A DNA stretch of 64,000 nucleotides from Isurus oxyrinchus. Lineage: Eukaryota. The notes under the pieces are model-generated. The model was not told the origin of the DNA. It did not search any database and saw only the letters and a list, made by a program, of their open reading frames with translations. The translations under genes and the position numbers were made by a program. The stretch covers positions 64,976,001 to 65,040,000 of the forward strand of contig JANJGN010000017.1 of assembly GCA_026770705.1 (NCBI GenBank), written 5' to 3'. Positions 25,151 through 38,068 of the stretch are shown here, piece after piece (positions within the stretch are counted from its first letter, which is position 1; each line of letters opens with the position of its first letter).

Positions 25151-27851
25151 GCACATCTATTTCAGATGGACCCTGCAAAGGAGAACTTGAGTCAGGTTCT
25201 CACAATCTCCTGCCAGAACTTAAATGTAAGGGTGGTTATAACCACTGAGAAATGATCTGAACAGTTATTTTTTACTATCCATGCAATTTCTCTGGGGTTC
25301 TGCCAACCTCCTGCTATTCTGCAGAAATTCCACCCTCAGCTTCATTGATGGGTAAGTTGCAAGATGAAGTAGCCCAGCCATTTTGAGACATTTTTATCAC
25401 AGGTTTTACATAGTGTGAAGAGAACAAACAAAATTGCAATCACTTATTTTTTTTGCTGTGCACCAAGATCATTCTTTTCTTTCATTAACAATCCTGAAAT
25501 GTTTTGGGGGATTTAGCTCAATGTGTTAAGGAAGCGACCATTAAAAATGACCTGTAGGGGCTAAATTTTGTCTGTTGGAGATAAATGTGAGAAAGGTCTG
25601 CTCCTAACTGAAGTTTCCGATTTGCAAATAAGGTTGTGGGCAGGCAAACATGCAACTCATGTAAATACAATTTTGTTATCGGGAATGTAAAGTTAATTAT
25701 AATGCACAGATCTTCTCCAATAACTAAAGGCCACTTAATTCATTCCATCAACCTTGTAATACTTGTTACAAAATGGACTAATAATGAGTTGGAAAAGCTA
25801 GTTTTATGAATAGACTAACTGCTGGTGTAGAGGGAAAACATGCAGAGTATTGATGGAGAAAGAAGGCTTTCAAATATGCACATGAGGAAACAATGATGCT
25901 GGAATGCCACTTGGATAAGCCAGTGGGCTGATACAGAGAACCTGCTGGAATGTCTGGAAGAAGCAGCACATCTTGAAAAAGGACCACAAAAGTTTTAAAT
26001 ATTATTGTAAATCAATAATACAGGATGTGGAAAAGAGCAGCAGTAGTTAAAAATAACTGTACTGGCAAATAAAATATTAACAAGCATTTAGTAAGTAACT
26101 CAGTAAAACTTTCAATTTTGAGGTTGTAGAAATTACATTAGATATACCTTAATGCTGTGCAGGAGAGAATTACCATGGACCAAATCACCAGCCTTAACCC
26201 CCATGGAATATCTATTTCCCCCAGAGGGGCACACTGTGGGACAGACATTGACCATATAACCAGAAACATCGGAGAGCATGTGAGCAAGGAATAGTTGAGC
26301 TTTTCGGAAGAGATTCTGGGAGGTACTGGAACTGTTGTTTATTCTTCTTGTACGTCCACACCCTGACTATGTCTTGGGGCATGGGACCCAACGCCTTTAC
26401 CATATCAATGGGGGGATTCATGAGAGACACTCTGATTGTGTTTGAGACCGGATTCAGCTGTCGTCAGCTACAAAAAGCAAATATGGTTCACTGCTCATTG
26501 CCTTGTTATCTCCCACTTTGGAACTGTAACATGTGTCACAGAGTTACCTAGTCATGTATTATATATCCTCCCATTGGCCTAAATTCGATTACTCTACCAA
26601 TAATATTTGTTGAATAGTAATTGTTTACTTGTTATTTTTCTATTACACCTGCAAAATGATCAGCCTGATCCAGAAAGAGAAAACTCTTGTTTTTCTTTTT
26701 TCTCTTCATGTAAAATCACTAGGTAATATGCAACAATCACAAGTCATTTGGTATCGCAGTTAAGGATGGGGGTCTTTTGCTGGATATCCCTAATTCAACA
26801 GAATGTTATCATCCAATTTCCCAATTGCACAGCCAAAGAAATCAAGCATTGACCCTTCCTGACAATATTCCTTAAGTATTGAGGGTGGACAATACAAAAG
26901 CATAACACAACTCTTTGTTGGGACATTTGTAGATTTAAGAGGGGAAATCAAAGGTTCATGTTTAGCAAGACCTGTGTCAGCTGAAATCATATCGGAAATT
27001 CCAGCCAGATCCTTCCCCCTGCAACGGGAAACACTGGCCCTGATACTAGAAGCTGAGAATTGAATGTAACTCACCCCGGCACAATCAGATGACAGATTGC
27101 TCACTGTGTATGTTGGCTATCATTTTTTATTAAGCAGTTTCATGCCAAGCACATTTCATTGACAAATTCTAAAGATTCAAGCTGCAGCAGTTCCAAGATA
27201 AATTTCCAGTGGGCTACCCAGAATAATTGCTCCAGTTCAGCTTTGATCAATGATTGATGCGAGTTGGCATGTGGTTGCAGACCTGTTGCTGGAGCATGAA
27301 CCAGTTGTTGCTGTGTGGGATTCTGCAGCACCAGAAATCAAACAGAATTATTGTTACAATGATAAGTCGAGCAGCATAGGTTCAAGACAATGGCGCTACT
27401 GGCTAGGCTACAAGGATTTTATTGAAACATTCAGTAGAGTAAAATAATTATTGATTAATGAATTGAAAGTGTTGCCAGGGTTTGAAAGAAAATTGTAGTA
27501 AGATATATGCCTGGAACATTTAATGATTTGAGAATACAATTGCAGATGCAAAACATACTTAAGTCACTCTAGTTCTGTTTATGCTGTTGTTCCAAATAAA
27601 CTTTGTGTATAACCCTCATGAAGTCAATTTGTCACTCAGTAAACATCAGTCAACCTTCCTTTAATCTGTCCAGTTGATGACTGCAAAGTATTCTCAGTGT
27701 GTCTGATATTGATCAGCAGTGGCATCACTGAACAATCCCAGAGCAGATCATTTATTTAGCTGGGCCTGTTAACTGTGACAGACACCAGATAATGTGTTAC
27801 TTCAACAACAGTTATACCATGTTACCACACAAGAATTTGGAGGTGACACCA

Positions 27852-29300
27852 GACCATAAAAAGTAGAAGCAGAAGTAGGCCATTCGGCCCCTCGAGCCTG
27901 TTCCTCCATCCAAGAAGATCATGGCTGATCTGTTTGTGTTTCGATTTCCACATTCCCATTCACCTCCGATAACTCTTGATTCCCTTGCCTAACAAGAATC
28001 TACCTCTGCCTTAAAAATATTCAGTGAGCCCACCCTCCACTGCCTACGGAGGCAGAGAGTTCCAAAGTCGCGCAACCCTCTGAGAGAAAAAAATTCTCCT
28101 CATCTCTGTCCTAAAAGGGCGACCCCTAATTTTAAAACAGTGCCTCCTACTCTGGCCTCACCCACATCCTTTCGACGTCCATCTTGTCGAGGCCATTCAG
28201 GATCTTATATGCTTCAATCATGTCACCCCTCACTCTTCTAAACTTCAGCAGAGACAAGCCCAGTCTGTCCAACATTTCATCACAAGACAGCCTGCTCATT
28301 CCAGATACCAATCTAGTAAACCTCCTCTGAAGCACCCCCAACTCATTACATCCTTGCTTAAGTAAGGAGACCAAAACTGCACACAGTATTTGCGATGTGG
28401 TCTCACCAATACCCTGTATAACTGAAACATAACATCCAATTCCTCTCATAAGAAAGGAGAGCATTCCATTAACCTTCTTAATTACATGCTGTACTTGCAT
28501 ACTAACTTTTTATTACTCATGTACTAGAACACCTAGATCCCTCTGCACCTCAGAATACTGCACTCATTCCCTATTTAAATAATACTCCGCTTCTTTATCT
28601 GTACTGCCAAAGTGAACAACTTCACACTTTTCCACATTAAACTCCATCTGCCAGATCTTTGCCCGCTCACTCAACCTATCTATTTCCATCTGCAACCTCC
28701 TCATGCCCCCTTCGCAACACACTTTCCTCCCTATCTTTGTGTCATCTGCAAATTTAGCTACCATACCTTTGCTCCCCTCATCTAAGTCATTCATTTAAAT
28801 TGTAAAAAGTTGAGGCCCCAGCACAGACCCCTGTGGAACTCCACTAGTCACATCCTGCCAATCAGAAAATGATTCATTAATTCATACTCTGCTTTCTGCC
28901 AGCCAGCCCGTCTTCTATCCATGCTAATATGTTACCCACTACACCATGAGCTTTTATTTTCCGCAATAATCTTTGATGTGGCACCTCATCAAAGGCCTTC
29001 TCAAAATCCAAGGACAGCACGTCTACAGGCTCCCCTTTATCCACGTCTCATGTTACTCCTTCAAAGAACTCCAATAAATTGGCTAAACATGATTTCCCAT
29101 TCACAAAACCATGCTGACTCTTTCCAATTCCCTTGAGTTTTTCTAAGTGTCTAGCTATAAGCTCTTCAATGATTGATGCTAACACCTTCCCCACGGCAGA
29201 CGTCAAGCTAACTGGCCTAGAGTTTCCTCTGTTCTGCCTCCCCCTCCTCTTGAAGAGAGGAGTTATATTTGCTACTTTCTAACATCTAATGGATTTCCTC
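27852..29300 (-). mobile_element. CR1 LINE (RT to 3' end)
   Basis: MNDLDEGSKGMVAKFADDTKIG...WQMEFNVEKCEVVHFG. QRRFTRL..GM. RRVRGDMIEAYKILNG. Confidence 0.92.
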
Positions 29301-29895
29301 CCCTTTGGCTGTTAGATACCAAGGGCCAGATCTTTGTCTCCAAATGGAGGTGGGAATTGGGGTGCCAAATGCCACACTTAGTTCTTCCTGCGAGAAAAGA
29401 CTATCTTCATCTGGCTTCCTGACTCCGTGCCATTTTCTTGTGGTCTTTTTGTGGGTTGGGAAGGCCCGGTGTGCAAAGCGTACATGCACGTCTTCGGATG
29501 TTGCCATTGTGGGGACCACAGAAAAATGGTATTTCCTCGCGTAGACCATTTCTGTGTGATGGTGCAGGGTTTAGAAAGCCCTAAAATACACTTCTTCTTT
29601 GAGAGGTTGTGACCACTGGGGGAAGCCACGTATGAACCATGAGCACATGAACCAATGTGTTCAACCAATAGAGTTTTACATGAAACTGTATAAACTGGAC
29701 CATTTAACAACCAGATATGAATGACCTGATCTTTGTCAACAACTACAAATGCATAACTGAATGCCTTTGTGCAAAATAAACCTCCCCATTAATATTGTGT
29801 CCATCCTCTGATCTGTTGTCACTCCTACATCAGTTAACATGCTGGGAGGGCAGGATCATCAAACTAATCATTTTAAACCACAGGGTTTCCACGTG

Positions 29896-32385
29896 TAGGC
29901 TTGCCAACCCTCCAGGATTGTCCTGGAGTCTTTAGGAATTAAAGAGGTCACTCTATGGTAAATTTATTAAGGTACTTAAAAAAAAATTACATTTTTTCAC
30001 TTTCTTTGAATACTTTCATTTATGAGTTCTAATTAGTTCTTTAGTTCTGGTCTCTTATGCATTCCCAATTATAATTGCTCCACCATTGGTAGCCATGCCT
30101 TGGTTACCTTGGCCGTTAATTCTGGAATTCCCTTCCTTCACCTGTCTACTTCTCTCTCTTTCCTTCCTCCTTTAAGACATTCCTTATGTGGCTTGGTGTC
30201 ATACTTTGTTTTATAACGCTTTGGGATGTTTCATTGTACTTCATGCTCTCAAACCAAAAGTTGTGGAAACTCCCACGCTACCTGGGAGCAACCAAATAAC
30301 AACCACACCACCAGCCCAGAATCAATGCTAATGCCATCGCTTCACAGCTTCTAATAAACTTAATGATACCGACCAGTAGGGAAAATAAGTGAAAACAGTC
30401 TTAATGCAATCTCAAAATTGCCTCATGGCAGACAGACCTCTCAAGCCCTTACACACAAGAGAAAGTGGACAGTGTGGTGACGGCACCAAGACAGACAAAG
30501 CAGCAGGAGTTGATCGGATTTACCCAGAGTTCACGAAGAACATTGGATCAGAGGGAAGGAAGTGGTGAAGAAAGCTGTTTACCAATATTCACAGCACAGG
30601 CACTATTCCAAACATCTGGCACTAATTTAAGATTGTGGCTGTTACCAAGCCAAGGAAGCCACTCAACAACCCATGCAGTCAGCACCCCATCGCTCTGCTC
30701 TCAGTAACAGATAAGATCCTGGAACACCTCCTGCTAATCAGACTGAGTTCCACTCTGGAAGCAGCAATGCCTCCTCAAGAGGCAGCTTTTCACACAGGCT
30801 GCAACGGCTCCGAGCAGGTTCTGACACTGACCTCACATATCAAAGCCAGTTTCCAGAAAGGCCTGCAGACAGGAACCACCAATATTGACTTATCCTGTAC
30901 CTATGACCAATGTGGCACACAGGCATCCTACTGAAACACTGCACCATCATCTGCTGTGTGAAAACCCTACTCAGCTCCATGATCAGCAACCAACAGTTCC
31001 TTGGGGGTCAAATCAAATACCCACATGTAACCAACAACAGGCTCCCACAGGGATCAGTCCTCACACTGGCTCTCTTCAACACATATACCCGTGACCTCCC
31101 TCCCACAAAGTCTTAACTCATTGCAAATGCTGACAACTTGGCCTTGGATTTCCTGACTGAAGAACTTCAGGACACTGAGAAAACACTCACTGAAGATCTC
31201 TGTTACTGGGAAATCTACTTCAGAAAATGGAAACTTTGACCAGCAGGACTGTCATTTCAGCATTCCACCTGAACAACTCAAGGGTCGGGGGAGAACTTCA
31301 TGATCCAGTTCTGTGGCCGATCACACACCCACAACCCGATGCCAAAATATCTTGGCCTCAATCTTCACCGTACACTGACCTACCGACAATGTCTCCAGAA
31401 CACCAGAGTCAAGATCAAAACAAGAATGAATCTCTTTTGGAAACTGGTGGCTACCACCCTGGGGCAGCAAATCCAACACACTGCATTGTTTCACTCAATC
31501 TGGTTCAGTCTCAACCACACAAACGTTGTGGATATCCTCCTCCGGGAAGTCATAAAGATTATTTTTGGGACATTGAGATCAACATAGCTTAAGTGGCTTC
31601 CTGTTCTTGCAGACACGAATCCACTGATGTCCATAGTAAAATCATCCTTCTCAAAGAACACCACTGGCTTACGGATAATGAAACACTCCCACTTACACAG
31701 GACCTCAAAAAAAACCCCACATGCTCGTCTGAAATCACGTAGCACCTACTGGAACACATAGCACACCCTACAAGCTGATAACAGCCCCACCTCTTAATGG
31801 CGCACCTCCCGTCTGACGGCAAACATCACCAACCACAAGCTGGTACATGACCCAAGTGGTGAAGTCCCACGTTTCAACCTTCCACAGAATATCTGAAAAA
31901 CACTCCACTGCTTGAGGACGGGCTGGGGAAGATGTGCCCACTTGCTCCGCAATTGGAATGAGGGACAGCTAAAGTTGTGACTGTGGTCATCCAAGGCAGA
32001 CATCGCCCATTTACTGACCTTGTGCCCTGAGAGATCCATTCCTAGTGGCGTCAGAACCATTCAACCTGCTTCAGCTGAAGCCATTTGAATGGATTGTTAA
32101 CCTTGGCACCGAACTATAACTAACTCTCCAGGCATGTAAATAAGAAAAATACGTTAATTGTGTTATATAAATATAAGTTGCTGCTGTTGTCGTAATAATA
32201 AAAATGGAGAATGACATTGAGAATCATCCAATTAGATTGAAGGCTCTGTTTGCTTTCCAGTTGACATTAACAATGAGGATGGGTGTTTTAGATGATTGTT
32301 GGTGAAAGTGTGAGGTTCGAATTGTTCAAAGCACTAGGCCACATGATTAAACCTCCACAAATACACCCAACCAGAGATGGCAACC
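29896..32385. mobile_element. Possible hAT-type non-autonomous element hosting an L2 tail and a Vingi-like LINE
   Basis: Ends taggcttgccaacc...gatggcaacc resemble agggttgcca TIRs. TSD not convincing. Confidence 0.35.
30240..32148 (+). mobile_element. Vingi/Ingi-clade-like LINE pseudogene
   Basis: PIALLSVTDKILEHLLL.RL. NNRLPQGSVLTLALFNTYTRDLP. PKYLGLNLHRTLTYRQCL. Inserted in an L2 tail (30045-30237 / 32150-32190). Confidence 0.8.
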
Positions 32386-33094
32386 GCATGTGAGGGATCA
32401 AACCAGAATGTGTCAGTTTTCCATTGGCCAATTCCCTTGAAGGAGAGGGGAGAGGTGAATCAAGTCTTGAATAAAGAACTTAAAAGAACCTGCTTTTATA
32501 TAGCCTCTTGTCATTGCCTCAGGATATCCAAACTCCTTTGCACGCAGTGGGAGATGATTTTTGAAATGAGGTTACTATTACATTCATGCTGATTTGACTT
32601 TGAGACACATGAGGTGATGGAACAAAAATCCAAAAAGAAACATCCCTCTGTGGCAGTGTTGGTAATCCAAATCCTGCGCCAAGTAGCTCCACAGCTCTTT
32701 ACAGGAATGTTGGTGATTGACCAGCCAGTCTGGTGTAATGGTTGCTGAAAGGCAGAGGAGCCACTGGGAGTTGGGATCTTTCTTACTGTGTTCCAAACAA
32801 GCTGCAGGCCAAGACGCTGCTGGTTAGGATGGTCCAACTGGACAGGCAGCTGGCACTTTATTGGTCGTTTGTGCTGGTAAACTGCACCATTTTAATCCCT
32901 TGGAGATCCTGAAGCCTTAGCACTGACCAGTCTACATCTACTTTTATATAAGTGGGCTGTATCCTTACAGTGATGCAGTGGGTTCTCCATGTCAGGCAAA
33001 CAGGAACTGTACCTTTATAAATTTATCAGGAGTTTGGTTTGAAGTTGTGTAATCATAGTATCCATAAATTAAACATACAGTAAAATACATATAG

Positions 33095-33950
33095 TTAAGC
33101 AAGTGGGAAAAAAATTGGCAGATGGTGTATAATTTGGGAAAATGTGGACTGGTCCACTTTGGCAGGAAGAATAGAAGAGCAATATATTATCTAAATGGAA
33201 AGAGATTGCAGAACTCCAAGGTATAGAGGGATCCGGGTGTCCTGCTACATGAATCACAAAAAAGTTAGTGTGCAGGTACAGCAAGCGATTAGGAAGGCAA
33301 ATGGAATATTGACATTTATTGCAAGGGGAATGGAATATAAAAGTAGGAATGTTTTGCTACAGTTGTACAGGGCATTGGTGAGGCCACACCTAAAGTTCTA
33401 TGTACAGTTTTGGTCTCTTTATTTAAGAAAGGATATAGTTTTATCAGGAGCATTTCAGAAAAGGTTCATTCGAGTAATTCCTGGGATGATGGCACATTAT
33501 CTTATGAGGAAAGGTAGGACAGGCTGAGCCTGTATCCATTGGAGTTTAGAAGCATAAGTGGTGCTTTATTGAAACATGTAAGATCCTGAGGGGACTTGAC
33601 AAGGTGGATGCTGAGAGGATGTTTCCCCTTGTGGGAGAGAACGGAACTCGGAGACACCATTTAAAAATAAAGGGTCTCCGATATAAGACCAAGGTGAGGT
33701 GAAAGTTTTTCTCTCAGAGGGTAATGAGTCTTTGAAACTCTGTTCCCCAGAGAAGTGGAGACGGGGTTATTGAATATTTTTAAGGCAGAGGTGGATAGAT
33801 TCTTGACCAACAAAGGAGTCAAAGGTTATTTGGGGTAAGCGAAATGTTGAGGCCAAAATCAGATCTGCCATGATTTTATTAGATGGTGGAGCAGGCTCGA
33901 GGAGCCAAATGGCTGACTCCTGTTCCTAATTCGTATGTCTGTATGTTCAT
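33095..33950 (+). mobile_element. CR1 LINE 3' part
   Basis: QVQQAIRKANGIL.FIARGMEYKS..VLLQLYRALVRPHL..., followed by a CR1 tail. Confidence 0.92.
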
Positions 33951-34299
33951 GCAACAGATTTATGCTAAAGTATTTTACTTTCCGAGATGAACTTCAAATG
34001 TATTATTAAGGTTTAGGGCAAATTTATTAGTGGGTTTATTTTTATCAGATCTATCACTTACTAAATGATGTGTGCTGATGCATCCTGCCTCTGATTTATT
34101 TGCTCTGTTAACTGTGACTGTAGCAGCAATAATAATAACAGGGCTTTTATAACTAAGTAAGCTAAATGCCTTTCCCAGACAAGACAATTCTTTCACAAGG
34201 AGAGATCACATATCGTACAGTCTGAATTACCCTTCACCAATGAGCTGAAAAAAAAATCAATAGAGATAGAAACAGGGGTATTATTTACTAATGTCAAAA

Positions 34300-35790
34300 T
34301 CCTGGAACTCATGATCACCACCCAACTCCACACCTACCTGCCCCACCACTCCTTGTTCATACAGCCCACCACACCAAGACTGCATTGGTCAAACTCAACA
34401 ACTAGATTATCCAGTCTGTGGTCCCCAGTTTCTCTGTAACTTTCAACGTGGTCATCTACTGTATCCTCCTGCACTGCCTGTCCTCATTATTCCCTGTACC
34501 ACCCTTGCCTGTTTGGATGCAGCTAGCACATCTTCTGCAATACCTTCATTGCCTATCCCAAAACTCTATTTTCTGGGTCCTCTCCTACATGCTGCTCCTC
34601 AGCAACATTATGCATTAGCACAGTCTTAGCTTCTCCAAATGTGCTAATGGCATCCAGCCCAACCTTTTTGTTCCCATCCTGTATTACCTGCACTGTTTCC
34701 CTGATATTATGTTGTGGGTGAGCTGAAATCTTCAATAAGTTTCTCACTAGTTGGTCTACTTTCACCGGAAAATTTGAGCCCTAGACTCACGTTCTATACC
34801 CCTCACTTGCTCCTTGATCCAGCTGAAGATGCACAAGCATCTGTCATTTGACCCTGCATTCAGTTTTAAACTTAACATCCAATCCATCACCAGGATTGCT
34901 CTGTTGTTTGCTCTGCTGGAACCCCCCCGCCCCCTACATATTATTACTCTTCTCTGATCTACTGCCTTTGAAGGTTTCATCCATGCTTTCTTTACCTCAT
35001 ATTCCCATTCTTGCCTCACTAGCCTCCTAAGTTCCACACTACACAAACTGCAACTTGATCAAATTCACCTGCCTGTGTCGTACCCTAGGCCAAGTCGCAC
35101 TCACACATTATCACTGACCTCACTGGGTTCTCACACACTGTCTCTGTTCTCACTGGGTTCTCTCACACTGTCTCTGGTCTCACTAGATTCTCACACACTG
35201 TCCCTCATCTTACTGGATTCTCTCCCACTCTCCCTGATATCACTGCATTCTCACACACTGTCCCTGATCTCACTGCATTCTCATACACTGTCGCTGATCT
35301 CACTGGATTCTCAGGCACTGTCCCTGACCTCACTGGATTCTCTTACACTGTCCCTGATCTCATTGGGCTCTCACACACTGTCCCTGAAATCACTGGGTCC
35401 TCTCACACTGACCTCACTGGATTCTCTTACACTGTCCTTGACCTCAATGGGTTCTCACACACTGTACCTGATCTCACTGGGTTCTCTGCCTAGCAGCCCC
35501 ACACCCCCCACACCCCCCCCCCACCCCCCCCCCCGCCAAGGCATTGATTACAAAATATTAATCTTTCTCCATAAATCCGGCAGGGCCTCACCCCAGTCAA
35601 CCAACCTCTGTGACCCCCTGCATCCCGGCTCACACCCAATACTCTTTCCATATTGAGCCACTGCTCCACCATTGATAGCATAGCTTTCAACCATTGAACA
35701 CCTGTATTTGGAGCTCTCCTCCCTAAGACACAGCATCAGAAGTTTCACTTGGATACTTTCACCTTGTTAAAGGCACCACTTCTGTTTATT
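34300..35790 (+). mobile_element. Degenerate L2 LINE with an internal minisatellite
   Basis: Remnants: IHAF.TS.., ST.HKLQLDQ, IDYKILIFLHKS, and the L2 tail ctccaccattgatagcatagctttc. Confidence 0.7.
35095..35487. repeat. 30-bp minisatellite (~13 copies)
   Basis: Unit tctcacacactgtccctgatctcactgg(a/g)t. Confidence 0.92.
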
Positions 35791-35926
35791 TTATCTTTCA
35801 CTTCAGGCCAGCACTGAAGTGGAACCATTATTTTTCAAGATTGTAAAACAATTTAATTAAATTAGACAACCTTGCTTTTAACATGAATCATAAAATAATG
35901 TCACATTGGAGTCTTTGCAATTCAAT

Positions 35927-36024
35927 GGGTGGAATTTTACGCCAGTGGGATTTTATGGCCCTGCCGAAGTCAACAGAGTTTGGAATTGCCATTCCCGCTG
36001 CGATGGGGCCACAAAATTCCGGCC
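35927..36024. mobile_element. Harbinger-type MITE (98 bp)
   Basis: TIR gggtggaatttt / aaaattccggcc. TSD AAT. Confidence 0.8.
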
Positions 36025-36177
36025 AATATGTGTATTGCACAACTGTAGAGAAATGCTATGAATTCTAATCAAGTGAAAATATTAGTTCGCTGAGCAAAGC
36101 CTGCACAGATACACAATATGAATTGGACTGAAATAATGAAAGGATGAACAAACCAGAACTGTCTGTAGGCATTTTGA

Positions 36178-36414
<237 letters not shown>

Positions 36415-36540
36415 TAGCTTTTAAGTGAAAGCCTTGACTCAGTGCGTAGCACTCTTGTCTCTGAGTCAGAAGATAGTGAGTTTAAATCCTAGACCAGAAA
36501 CTTGAGCACATAATCTAAGCTGATCCACCAGTACAGTACT

Positions 36541-37679
36541 TCGTTTATTGAGCGAATGCAAATCCCCAAAACCAAGCAATTGCCTTATTAGCTGAATTTA
36601 AGGTGATTAGTCCATCACTTAGACGGGAGAGGGGACACTCCTTGGTAATGTGCAGCATTGTTTGTGTCTCTCCACAAGTGCAAAATGGGTTTGTACTTGA
36701 GACCCCAGTGGCCGAGGTTGGCTGGACAGGGCCCTGGCCTGTCCTGAACCTGTATAGCAAGGACCATTGTCGCCATGGTGGTTGAAAGCCTGTCGTTGGA
36801 CAGATGGGGTTTGTCATAAGAACCTTGTTAGTGATTTTCCATGTTTGCCATTCCTTGATCTAAAGGCTATCTGCTGGAAGATGTTGGTCAGGGAGATTAC
36901 TCCACATGGGGCATCAGGATGGAAGGCGGGCAGTAAGTGAGTTGAACAGGTCATCATGGAGTGGTAAGTTAGGCGGAACACAGCAGTTGTGCAGCAATAT
37001 ATGGGGGAGTGATGTTGGTGAGGACAGGAAGCTGGGGTAGGGGTGTTGAGCAGAGAGTGCTAGTTATGATGCACATTGTTGCATTTAATTGAATATCAAC
37101 AGGATGTGTGTGTGATGACCTGTGCCAGACAAGTGCACAGTACTCTGCTGCGGAGTACAATGGGGCAAGTGCTGAGGCCTGGAGTGTTGTGGCAGCAGTG
37201 CTCCATGTAGGCCCAGCAATTTGGGGTATTAAGTTATTTCTGGTTTTGACCTTTGTTGCTGTTTTCTTCAGACAAGTATGCTGGGTAGGGATCAGGCAGT
37301 AGTCCCTGGCCATCCATATAGCTGTGCAATTCTCTTTTGACTCTGGAGGTGGAATACACACTGGACATGGTTTTAGAGGAATTCAATGTAAGTCGCCATG
37401 TGCTGCAGTAGTCTGTCAACATTGTAACATCTTTGTTGAGATTCTGGTCCAGGATGCAGATGGATGGGGCTTGGGTGGCACAACAGATGTCATCAGTATG
37501 GATGGACTTGCAGGACATGATCGTTGGCAGTTCATTTGTATATATGTTGGACAGGACTGGGGCTAGCACTGAGCACTGCGGTAGTCTGTTATCAGTCTCC
37601 TCCATGCACTTCTCCCTTGCCCAAGATGGACGCTGAATTGTCTGTTGCAAAGGAGTATTTCAACAACTGTCCTGATCCG
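36541..37679 (-). mobile_element. Vingi-like LINE, 5'-truncated
   Basis: RLPQCSVLAPVLSNIYTNELP..DDIC. KVKTRNNLI..IAG.TW...LQASALA..YSAAEYCA.VW. C.CGE.QT..HI..ECP. TSD agt(a/g)cagtact at 36530-36540 and 37680-37690. Confidence 0.88.
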
Positions 37680-37842
37680 AGTGCAGTACTATTAGAGGGG
37701 TGCTACCTTTTGCATGGGGCTTCAAATTGAAGTCTACTCTCTCAGGTGGATGATAAAGAGCCCATGGCACCATTTGAAGAAATGCAGGGACATTCTTCTG
37801 GTGTCCTGATGGCATTTATCCCTCAGCCAACATCTAAAACAA

Positions 37843-38068
37843 AAGCAAAAACAAAAGTTGCTGGAAAAACTCAGCAGGTCTGACAGCATCTGTGGAAAGA
37901 AAGACAGAGTTAATGTTTCGAATCCGTATGACTCTTCTTCAGAACCACTCACGGACTCGAAGTGTTAACTCTGTCTTTCTCTCGCTACAGATGCTGTCAG
38001 ACCTGTTGAGTTTTTCCAGCAATTTTTGTTTTTGTTTCAGATTTCCAGCATCAGCAATATTTTGCCTT
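37843..38068. mobile_element. Penelope-derived inverted-repeat element with a hammerhead-like core
   Basis: Inverted arms of ~85 bp (gctggaaaaactcagcaggtctgacagcatct... / ...agatgctgtcagacctgttgagtttttccagc). Minus strand CTGAAGA-A-GAGTC-ATACG-GATTC-GAAAC. Confidence 0.75.

Noticed and set aside
25778-27447. Coding-looking ORFs (26212-26430, 26790-27104, 27250-27447)
   Set aside because: There are stops next to the candidate splice sites and no recognisable protein family.
29286-29710. Overlapping ORFs next to the CR1 5' break
   Set aside because: No identifiable domain or splice structure.
24826-35487. Tandem arrays (24826-25150 and 35095-35487) as CRISPR arrays
   Set aside because: The units abut without unique spacers, there are no cas genes, and the context is a eukaryotic intron.
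35075-35656. 193-aa ORF with SLISLDSHTL repeats (leucine-rich-repeat-like)
   Set aside because: It is a translation of the 30-bp minisatellite inside an L2 remnant and has no ATG start.
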